The notes below the pieces were generated by a model, which did not search any database, was not told the DNA's origin, and saw only the letters and a program-made list of their open reading frames with translations. DNA of 61,976 bases, filler included. It is 8 parts of 8 records of this genome, joined end to end, with 100 filler letters (N's around TTAATTAATTAA, not from the genome) between each part and the next. Parts side by side here need not be neighbours in the genome. Positions count along the whole stretch, not along the records: positions 1 to 10,673 come from SRR15195285_3080; 7 more parts are not named here. One strand, 5' to 3'. The position numbers and the translations under genes were made by a program. The first letter of the stretch is position 1. Every line of letters begins with the position of its first letter. This document shows, one piece after another, positions 1 through 10,773 of the stretch.

Positions 1-471
1 TTCAGGAAGAACTTGCTTCTCCGCTTTTCGTCTGTCTGTAGAATTCGTACTGTACGATACACAAACAGAAACTAGAGACGCGCAGCAATCCAACGCTGTA
101 TTGTACAAGTTCAGTGGACTTCATTTGGCTGAGAGACAGCCTGGCGAAACTCGTACACAAATGTTACTAATATCTTACTAACCCTTACATGATAGCTCAT
201 CTTGTAAACGATTCCTCGGTCTCGTCCATGATGAGAATTTTTTTTGAAACGGTGCTACCGTACACTACTTATGTTGGGGCTTTTCTCGTCGACCGCCTCG
301 GCGACGACCGCGTGGACATTTTGCAGTGCATCTTTCGGTTTGGAGTGGTGGTTGGAATTCAGTGTACTACTGTTTTCTGTAATCGTAACATTTTATTGTA
401 AGAACTGAGCATGTACCGGTATGGTATTTTATGGCGACTGATTGGGTCTAGCAATCGCGCGAGAATGTATG

Positions 472-3400
472 TTAGTTGAATAGCTCGTCTGCGCTGTGCA
501 GCGCGGTGTCCGGAAAGTTGCCCGCATTGGGCACGACATCTGCCATGCGAGCGTCATCGACGCCGAACCACTGCGCCAAGCCATACCACATGCCTTCCCA
601 CGGCGTTGTTGGAATGAAGACACCTCTGCCTCGGCCGACCTCAAGTTCGGACGTGTCAGGGTTGATGTCGTCTGGATAGACACCATGGACACGCCGGCCT
701 CTGACTGAGCCTCCAATGATGAAATTGTTGCCCCCCCACGCGTGATCGGTACCAATTCCGTTGGAGGAGATGGTCCTGGCGAAATCAGAGATCGATACGA
801 TGGTCGTCGAATCCCAGAGGTTCAAAGCAACCAGATCAGTATGTAGGGCTTCGAGATCGGTGTTGAAATTGGCGAGGTGCAGGTTGATGTCAAAGTGTGG
901 TGCATTCTGGTGCGCGTCAAACGAGCCAATTCCTACCATAAATGCATCCCGCTCTGACTCGTGTACAGAGTGATCAAGAGCCATGACGCGCGCTATATGC
1001 TCGAAACCTGTGCCCCCTCCGTAGTTTCCTAACAAGTTGATAGCCGCTAGTTGAGCGCCAAGCCTCTCGGTGTTCTCGAGCGAATCCTCAAGGATCGAAG
1101 CGTAGGTGTCTGCGAAAACAGAGTCCGACTGGCGGCCGGTCATCTCGCGCAGCGGATTGCTGAGTGCGTCATATTCTGTGAAGCGTATCACACCTTCTTT
1201 TCCAATAACAGTTGGCGAGACGCTCCCCTCAACAAGTTTTTGAATGCCGTATATCGAGTAGACCTTCGATCTAAAGGGGTTGTCTTGTGATGTCAGAGCA
1301 TCCATCATCCGCCCCAACACGCCGGTGGCACCAGAATTCTGGGCATGCACAGACTGAGCCTGCCGAATTTGGGAGTCGTGCCCGAAAAGCCGCGGTGGAA
1401 ACTGCTTGCTCTTCGAAATAAACTCGTCTCTTGTCAGTGGTTCCACAAGAGCGCCAATATTTGCAAACCATGACTGCACGCACGCCAGCCGACCAGTATG
1501 TGAGTGAGGAGTCAGCATTCATGAGCGCAAGAAAGCAGATGTAGTGGCATGGTATCGGAAGAAACCTACAGCTTGATCAGCCTCCCAGAGTGTCTTCACC
1601 ATACCCAATGTTGGGTGCGTCCCGAAAGTTGTGCAAACCTCCAAGTTGTCACTCTCCTCGTGCAGCTCCATTGGTAAGATCTGCTCAAGCGGGAGCGCGA
1701 TGTTGCTGCGGATCTCGGTGTACTCAGCGTATAGATCTCTCACACAACCACTGTGTGGAATTAACATGTTGTAGGAATCTGCCCCCCCTGAAAGCAGAAC
1801 AACAATGAGCGCCTTGTACGGACGATTCTGCGTTGGGATTTCCGGTAGTGCAGGTCGTGGGTGTTCTCGAAGGACATTTTGGTTGGTGCTCGAGTACTCC
1901 GAAGAAAATGCGAAAAGCTTGATTAGTGTCGGGAGCAAGTCGGCCGCAGAGGGCACCGGCTCCGAAGGAAGGCCTGGGGTGTAGCGGCATCCAGCTGCAG
2001 TGCAAGCTGTGCTATCTTCCAAGCCCACAACCGTGGCGCATGTGGCAACGCCGGCAGGGTCGGCAGGAGCTGATGTCATGTCCGTAGCAAGCATAGTGGT
2101 GCCGTCTGCGGCGACAGCCGGGATCGGCGACATGTCTGCCATGCTAGCGATCCCAACAGCAAGATTGTCACCTCCACCTCCTTCGTTGGCGATGGCACGC
2201 AAGAAGTAGAGGCTGCCGGCACTGAGTGTTTGTGGGGCGGACTGCTGAGACCCATATTTGTTCCATTGGCGGCTGCCAGTCCATCCAGGAACTGAGGCGA
2301 TCTCGCCGGCAGCCATGGCTGTGTCGGGGTCAGTGCCGAACCATAAATGAACGTTGTCATCACCAGCGACTTGGAAGATGTAGTTGCCGTCTTCTGGAGC
2401 CCGAAAGTACGCGTCCATTTCAGTGCCACAGTTGTCACATACGTTGTTCGGCGCCTCGAAGAGTTCGTAGACCTCTTCCACATCAGGTGGGTTGTTGATG
2501 TAGTTGACATCGGCGAGCATTTGTTCAACTTGGCCGCCACCAATGCCGTTCCAGCGTCGATAGTTGATTCCGGCTGGTCCAAGCGTTGCAGGTGGAGTGT
2601 ATGCACAGGTGGGCTCGCCGACCACCCCATCTCTCACCGCAATAACCTGCAGCTCCATCAACACCAGGCACTGTCCTTCTTGCCGCACAGTGACGTACCG
2701 CCCAGTACCTGGGCATGACAACGTCGAAGCAGCGTCGCCAGTAAACACAAGTGGTGCAGCGCACTGAACGCCCGTGGTGAAGTCTGGTGTGTCACTAACC
2801 AATACCGTAGCGCCGTTGATGCGTTGTGGCTGAGAGGCCGTGCGATGAAACACCTTTACACTGTCAATCGCCATCGTTCCTTGCAGGTCGACTTGCACCC
2901 ACTGCTCCCCAGTGCACAACGAGTGGAAGGGGGCCCCAGTGGTCGTCGCACCATTAACGATATTCGCAGGCCCGTGCGCCCCGTCCCACCACTCTGATGA
3001 TGCTGTGGTCGGTTTGTTCAAGGCGAGGTTGACATACTGGACTTGGCTCGCGTCCCAGTACGCACGAATGGCTGGCGGTTCGCGTCCGTTCGTCAAGATG
3101 AGGGCAAGCTCCGATACTACGTCACCTGCACCAGATAGATTTTCATACTGGTACGTGAGCACGCCGTTGCTGGTCAGCTGCAGTGCTTCTTTGCCGGACC
3201 AGCACCCTTCTTGTCCCATGGCGAGGTGGGGTTGGTTGGAGGGAGCGGTGACACCGAAACCACCTGCACATGACGTAAGCCCATTCTCCACGAGCGATGC
3301 AATGCCGTTCATGTACCCGATGAGAAAGGGGGTTGTCATAATCTGAGCTTCCGGTGCATACAGTTGAGATTTAGCAGCGGGGCCGGCCGGAACATAATCT

Positions 3401-6400
3401 GGCAAATAGAAGTTGAACACAGACGGTGACTTAAATGCCTGCTGGCCAATTTGAAGGTCGAGGTGAGACATTTCGAACTCCATACCATTGTTGGGGACAA
3501 AAGTCAAAGAGCGAAACACGTTCAGAATCTTGAGAAGCGGCTCGCGCAGCTTGCCTGCGGCTGGATCTAGGTCGAGCGTTGAATCACGTGCCTCACGGTC
3601 AGAAAATATCGCGGCGGTTGCGGCTCCAAGATCACCATACTCCCCCGAAAATGCGCGCCCTCCGTATTCTCCAGTTCGGAAAGCTGTGACAACTTCCAAT
3701 ACATAGCGGGGTGATGGATTTGATGTCATCAGAAGCTGGATGAGCTTTTTGCATATGAAAGGGGCCGTCGACGGGTGCGTCGTAAGGTGGTTCAGCACTG
3801 CGTCAGTCTCGAGTTCGGCTTGGCGTAGCGTTGGGTGCTCGAAGTCGAGGAAGGTTGGTGGGTTGCGGAACGAAAAGTCATCGATGGTCACATGTAGGTG
3901 CTGGTTCTTGTAGAAGCTAGCCGTACCGTCGGAACGGGGCACCTCGAAAATTGTGTGCTCATCGTACATGAGCTCATCAATCCCAGAACTGAACTCGTAC
4001 AACTCGGGGGAATACACGAGGCCATCCGCAGTCTGAATCGCCTCCACGAGCACCTCCATCTCCATCACCTGCAGGCACTGCCCTTGCTGTCGCACTGTCA
4101 CATACCGTCCGTGCACCCCATCACACGAATTCACTGTGGGTGCCCACGCGTTGTGAGTCAGCGGGTCGCCACACTGGGTTCCGTTCGAGAAGTCGGGTGT
4201 GTTGCTGATCAGGATCTGGGCGCCGTTGATGCGTCCTCCACAGCAGTCTACTCGGTGATAAATCAACACAGAGTCGATGTAGGTCATTTGTTCGAGGTCA
4301 ACCTGCACCCACTGTTCTCCAGAGCAAGCTGAATGATACAAGCCTTCGTCTGTTCGACCATCGACAATCCACGCGTCCTGCGACTGGCCGAGGTTAGACG
4401 AAGTGGCTGTAGGTTTGTTGAGAGCGATGTTGATCTCTTCGATTTCAGCGTGCAGTTCTTCGTACATTCGCCAGCGTTTCGACCACACCGTGACGTCGGA
4501 CGATTCGCACAGTGCAGAGGTGCAGTGGATATACTCCCCATCATCATATGCTCTCGGGTCGATCGCACCGACCTTAAACTGAGCCAGTTCGCTAGCTGTC
4601 GGGATGCGTGAATTGTTTGCGAACACAGCTGACGTGGTAGCTGAAAGGTCGCACAGGCACGTGTCTTCGACCACGGTGCAAGAGGTGGAGCACCCAGTCT
4701 CAGCTTTCGGGTAGGCGTCACTCCACAGCACGTCAAACACACTCTTAGATCCAACTGAAATGACTTCGGCAACCGATTCTGGGTCAATCCTGCCGTCGAG
4801 AGCGGAGTTGTCAACCAGATCGCCAGCATGCACCACGTTGACGCGGCCATCGCGCTGGACCTGCACTTGCGTCGAGCAAGGTCTTCCCATCCACGTCGAG
4901 AATCGCCACTGGCTGAAGGGGTGGCAGGTGTTCCAGCCAGCAACGTTCGAGCTTCCTTGGCAGACATCTGGCCTCCAGATGCCTTGTACTTCACAGCGGT
5001 GGACAGCAGTAGCATAGGTGACTCGCTCTCGATGATACTCGCAGCGAGCGGTTCCAGTGCCATCTGTGGCGCCTCCTTCCTCACAACACAATGGCGCTGC
5101 GGCGGCACGCCTGGGGTCTGCGCAGGACATGGTGTTGATATACGGAGCTCCGTACCTGCTCAGGAAGTAAGAAACTCGATCAGCAGTCAAAACAGTACAG
5201 AAATTCAGTGGAAAATATGATCAACAGCGAAGAGAATCATTTCTCGGAAAAGGTACTTGACAAATTGTCCGTCATTGAAGAAGGGAAACTGGGTGCAGGC
5301 AAACTCGATACCTTCGAAAAAGCCCACCGCCCCATTGGCATCGACCACCTGTATGAGGGGTGCACGGTCCAAGCCACATTCGTACCCAGAGCACGGCAGC
5401 GACTCTGGCAGTGTGATTTCGCTTGGATACGTACAGACACCTGCGACTGGAGCACAAAGGGTCTGGTACAGCGCCGAGGACGAATCTGACAGTGTCAGGT
5501 AGGAGACTACCCCCGCGTCATCCTTCAAGCTATCCATCTGCTCTACGGTGTCTCCACGGTACGCATACGAGAATCCTTTCCGCAGAAATGCACGCTTGGG
5601 CATATCGACACACGGAGGGAAGCCGTCACCAATGAAACCATCGAACAGGTCCATTTTTGGCGAAGCATCTCGATCCTTAGCAATGATCTCCATCGTATCA
5701 ATAAGCGAATCGATTCTGTTTGTGCGCAGGTGGTAATAGGTGGATTGTCCTGTTGGAGCCACAAACCCTGTCCACGCCCGTGCGAACGATGCGACATCTT
5801 TGACCCCGTAGGTTGGAATGTGGTTCCCATTGGCGTCTAGTACATGCGTACCATCGCTGTTCAGGTGCTCCGTCCCGACTGTAAACAGCTGAATGCACTC
5901 GCGGGCGAAATTCTCATCTGCAAAGTCTCCAGATACTGCCGCCGATTTCGAGTCGATGAAAGTGAGCATGGAACCCATAGGCTGACTGAACGCCACTTCC
6001 TTGATCAGGCTGCCAAAGTTTCCGAACGCATATCTCACAAATATGTCGTAATATTTAGCATTCGCTTCCTCGTATGGGTGAAAGCCGCCCTCGCTCACAA
6101 CATAGATTTGGCTGAGTGCCCCTGTTCATGACAAAGAACGAATGCGAGTCAGTCAGGTGGTGACAAATGCAGTTCTTGAGAGACCCACGTAAGCGTTGTA
6201 CTCACAGGCCACCTTTTGACGCAACTGGTCCTCGGCATTGAAGACAGTGTTGAGCCACAGCATTTCCAACGTCCAGTACGAAGGCTTCTGTGGGCCATTG
6301 CCTCTGCCACCGTACTTGTGCCCGTAGTATGGGTCGTTCGCAACCTCTCCAATAGAACCGCAGGACTCTGATACCCCAGGGTCGACCGAAATATCTTGAA

Positions 6401-9400
6401 CCCCAGCAAGCTCGGCAAGCCAAGGCTTCTGCATGGTGGTTGGAAGCGAGCTGAAGTCGACTGTTTCTCCGAGCACACCTAGCCGGCGGGCGAGTGGGGT
6501 AGGATTGCGTGCACTAAACCTGGTAGGCCAGCAAGATCGATCCGGGCAGACAGCTGTAATCGGTAGTTCCGTCTGCCCAAGGGTCGCGAAGCGCGTCTGT
6601 GGGTAGATGCCATCCCCTGTATTGCCTGGTACCTGATAGAAGTAACCCGACGTAATCCAGTACGCCATGTCGTACACGTCATACTCCTCTGGATGTACGT
6701 GCTCCAAGCACGTGCCGTTTATGGTGATCTTTGCGCCCACAGTACTCACTCCATTCGCCTCTGTGACGCACTCACCTTGTACTGTCTCGATAATGACTAT
6801 ATTAGGAGTCTCTAGGCCGACGCCCGCTTGCATTGTAGCAGAGATCGAGGCCAGAGTGGCCGCGTCAAGCAGCGTATCGGAGTCGCAGGCGCCGTCAGTC
6901 TTTTTCCATCGCGAGGCAGCGGAGCATGGCGAGTGGCTCATATCCATTGGGCCCATGTCGGTCAGATAGTACACATACTTCTGACTTTTGCTGAACATTT
7001 GTCGCATCAGATCTTCATCCAGAGTCACCGTTCCTTCAGTCCATAGGGGTTGCGAGCACGAGCTCTGACGCACACAACCCTCGGCGTTGGTGAAAGCTGC
7101 CTTAGCCGCTGGACAGAACGTCGGGGTAAGCGATGGGATGAACTGCTTGTCCCGCTGGAAGGTTATGCGGCGTTCAAGGTACGGATTATCGACGGTGTTT
7201 TCGACCAGCTCCCTCCGAGGTTCGTGGCGAAAATACCTCTCGCCATGACGAATGAACACTGTCGGATTCGGCGGTAGCTCACAGCTTTCCAATATACTGC
7301 GCAGCGAATAGGAGTCCTTAAGCGGAGGTTGCATGGGAACCATATCAATCGCATCCAGCTGCTGCGTCAGGAACGGGTCAGGTACTCGCAAACTGACTGG
7401 GGGATTCCCAATAATGATCTGCTCACTACCCGACGCCTGGCACCCTAATACTCTCCAGTCGACGCCTGGATAAGGTACGCCTGGGTTAAGCAAAGACACA
7501 TCGCCTCCCTCGTACTCGTTCACGAAGCAGATCACATAGCTAGTGTTTGCCTGCAGTCGTGGGGCGGGGGCTGGCGGAGGCGCTGGCATGGAGGGATCTG
7601 GAATGCATCTGTGCGCGTTTGCGGCAGGGTCAGTGGTTACGCAGCCGTTTAAATCTCTCCCGTACCGACAGCAATAACCATTTGCACCGCAGAACTGCGG
7701 ACAGGGGCCATGAGCTCCGCACTGACCCCAGCAACCATCGCCCATGTTCTGCAGTCCTTCGACTGGTGTAGTACTCGGGTACGTGTATATACTGAGACTG
7801 CAGTCAGCAGGGCCCGTTCGCCATGGGCCTCCTGCGCCCAAAACATGGCGGTCTCCAGGAGCTTGCAGGTGGCACGCTCCATCGGCTTCCTTCCAACTGA
7901 AGTAACCGCAGCCACTGGTCGTAGCACAGCGCTGGTGGCACGCCTCGACGGACGCTTCCGTGGTGGCGCTGGTCCCTGGCATATCCAGCGGCACACGGAA
8001 ACCGCGTTTGTAACAGCTCCACTCAACGTCTTCCCTGATGTCTTTGGTACTCTCAACTACGGTTCTGACGACTCCCTCAATACTTAGTGAGTAAGAACCG
8101 TCTGAATTTTGGAAAACGTCAACTGCCCGTCCCGTGTCATACTTACTGAATGCGAAGGTCACCCACGACGATTTTTCCTGACACGGCGGACGCATCACTA
8201 AGTTCGGGGTTCGGGCTGAATCCTGTTGGTCATTTGTACGAAGACGAAGGTACGCCCTATGTAGGCTGGGCTCAGTCTCCATCTGTCCGCGCAGCCATTC
8301 TTGCATCGCTGCCTCTGTGTCTTCAACTGTTGCCGCGCTGAGGCTATCAATTTCGTTTAGTGTCGGGCCAAAGGTGGCCTGCGCCAAGAACCGAGATGCA
8401 AGTGCTTTCGTGTCTTGCGTAACTAGTGCCGACCCGTCATATGTTCGGAGCTGATATACAGCACCCTCGGGCAGCGTTGTTGAACATGCGACCGGCTGCA
8501 TCTCTGTGCATTGGAAAGCAACCGAGCTACCCATCGCTTCCCACTTGTTGCCGTTGTAGCTCCTGGCGATGGGGACAGCGCTTCCGCGGAGAGGAGCTTC
8601 GCCCTCAGGAACTTCAACAAGCGTCGCAAGCTCGAAGGGCCCAGCAACCGGCAGGGTGATCAAGCCAGGATCGACGTCTCTCTCGATCAGACCAGCTGGG
8701 CAAAGGTTGTCGCATCCCTCGCTTTGGGTGAGACCTTGTTGTGGGCAACTGCCGCCGAACTGTGCTGGTGACGTCACGGTGAACTGTCGAATCGTGCTTC
8801 CAGGTCCGCACACCTCGCTGCAAGGCCCGAAGTCACCCCACTCCCCTTCACAGTCTACAGGGCACTGGATCTCGGTATTGCAGGGCTGGGAATCCGTAGC
8901 ACCTGCTTGTTGGGGACATGCCACGCCACCGTTGCTGGCGATCCGTGCGATTGTGTACGTGCGTTGCTGCACGCCGTCGGTCCCACAAGTGTGGCTACAC
9001 TCGCCATACTCCGACCATGAGCCCACGCAGTCCACTCCCGGTGGTGGCGGAGGAGGACACAGTTCCGTATTACAGCCTTGACTTTGTGAAGTGTCATGGT
9101 CGGGGCACTCTGCTCCGCCATGTTGTGACTCTTGGAGGACTACGAAACTACGCGTCTGTGTGCCATTTCCGCAAGGGAGTGAGCAATCCCCCCACTCCCC
9201 CCAGTCGCCAACACAGTCCACAGGACATTGGACGTGTGTATTGCAGGGTAGCGCTTCAGGCAGCACCGCAGCATCGGCGCAGTTCTCTCCACCGTTCTGC
9301 TCAGCACGAGACACTACAAACGTCTGTGCCCTGACGCCATCCGGACCACACGCTTCGCTGCATTCGTCTAAGGCGACCCACAAACCCTCACAATCAACGA

Positions 9401-10160
9401 CTGCCGGAAGGATCGTCGGGGGCGCCATCGATGCGGTGTCTGCTGTGAACGTTAGACCTGCGACCGCGATCTCAATTTGCTGATCAGTTTCCTGCAGCAG
9501 CGCGAGGAGAGAGGCTCCAGCTGCTTGCACTGTCTCGGGAATGAGCAAGTGGAACAACACCTCGATGTACACGGGAGTCTCGGTCTCATTTTGCGCAGCT
9601 TGCAGGCGCCGGCGACCCACCTGCTCCCACTCGGCCTGAACCTCGCGAATCTCGTCAACGATCACAGCCTCTGGGCTGACGGTGGCGCCATTGCCAAGGC
9701 TGGCAGCCATGCTGTCTGCAAAGCCCTCTTCAAACGCGCGCCTCGATATCTGCGAGTCGGTGATGAGGCTGATGTCGCCACCGAAGGAGATGGAGGAAGT
9801 GACCGCCGCCAACGGAGCGAACGGGTCGGCGAAGTCTTCGGCCGCGCTCTGGAAGGCAAGTGCCGCTCCCGCGGGCGTCGACGTGTCCAACGTGCCGCAT
9901 ACGTCTCCGAACGAGGCCAGCAACGAGAGTAGGTCGTCCGTACCAACTCTGCCATCACCGCTGACGTCCGCGACCCGAGCCTGGGACGTGTCGGCTACAT
10001 TCCGCCCGAAGACTGCGAGCAGGTAGAGCAGGTCGTTGGTCCCTACGACGCCATCGTTGGTGAAGTCGAGCGCACACGCCATTTCTTGGCCTTGGCCGCT
10101 GGCACGCGGCGCGCCGACCAGAAGGAGCAGCAGCACCGACGGTTTGAGCGGCGCCATCAT
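472..10160 (-). CDS. Secreted multidomain DUF1800-DUF1501 fusion protein (~3135 aa, 4 exons): signal peptide, dockerin-like Ca-loop pair, SEA-like module, 4x TSP1, split DUF1800, PAN/Apple, 2x F5/8C (F-type lectin), PA14, DUF1501
   Basis: Exons 10160-6206, 6121-5257, 5155-1570 and 1473-472 are joined by GT-AG introns 6205-6122, 5256-5156 and 1569-1474. The spliced length is 9408 nt, in frame. Splicing restores LRQKVA-W-ALSQIYVVSE. DUF1800 motifs: ASRFLAQATFGP, DENFARECIQLFTVG, HPSTAPFICKKLIQ, GKLREP, SPSVFNFY. DUF1501 motifs: LSGGADSYNMLIP, FDAH, SDFARTISSNGIGTDHAWGG. Signal peptide MMAPLKPSVLLLLLVGA. Confidence 0.88.
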
Positions 10161-10673
10161 CTCAGCTGCACGCCCGACGTTCTTGCCCCAGTTCTGCCGA
10201 CGGGTTCTTGCCCCAGCTAGCGGCCTGACCCGCGACTCCTCCGCGAAACTGGTCGCGCAGGCGTTGAGGGCGCTGGAGGTGATCTCACTTCCCGTACTAT
10301 ACTTGTACAATTGTACGGGTACTTTATACGCGAGCGCGATGGAGTGGATCGCATCATCGCCAACATGCACAGACAGCATGCAGGTGGATGGATACATGTA
10401 GGCGCGAACTTCGCGAGCGCGCGCGTGCTCGCACTTTTCAAGCGTGAAACCGAGCCTGCATGCACGGCCGCGGCGGTATCACGCGTGGGTTTGAAGATTG
10501 AAGGTGGAAAGTGCGGTAATTCGATTCATCATCATATGATTCAAAGGGCAACGGCTTTCTCAAAACGGCTTTCTCACCCGTGTCGGGATCTCGGGAATCA
10601 TGTTGGGAATTGGGACTTTGTGGTTCCGTCGGGGCAAAATACATTGACACCGGGCATAAGGCGCCTTATGCCC

Positions 10674-10773
10674 NNNNNNNNNNNNNNNNNNNNNNNNNNN
10701 NNNNNNNNNNNNNNNNNTTAATTAATTAANNNNNNNNNNNNNNNNNNNNNNNNNNNNNNNNNNNNNNNNNNNN
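10674..10773. other. Artificial contig-joining spacer (N44-TTAATTAATTAA-N44)
   Basis: Fixed 100-nt spacer with stops in all six frames; the same structure occurs seven times in the window. Confidence 0.98.

Noticed and set aside
148-156. AAACTCGTA (reverse complement TACGAGTTT) as a third copy of the 86-bp element
   Set aside because: Only 9 bp match and the other conserved blocks are absent.
5156-5256. GTACCTTT donor as a U12-type (minor) intron
   Set aside because: It does not match RTATCCTT, and no TCCTTAAC-type branch site is present at the expected distance.
472-10397. Four consecutive ORFs as a bacterial operon, programmed frameshifts or a pseudogene
   Set aside because: Each break is explained by a GT-AG intron that restores the frame and conserved motifs.
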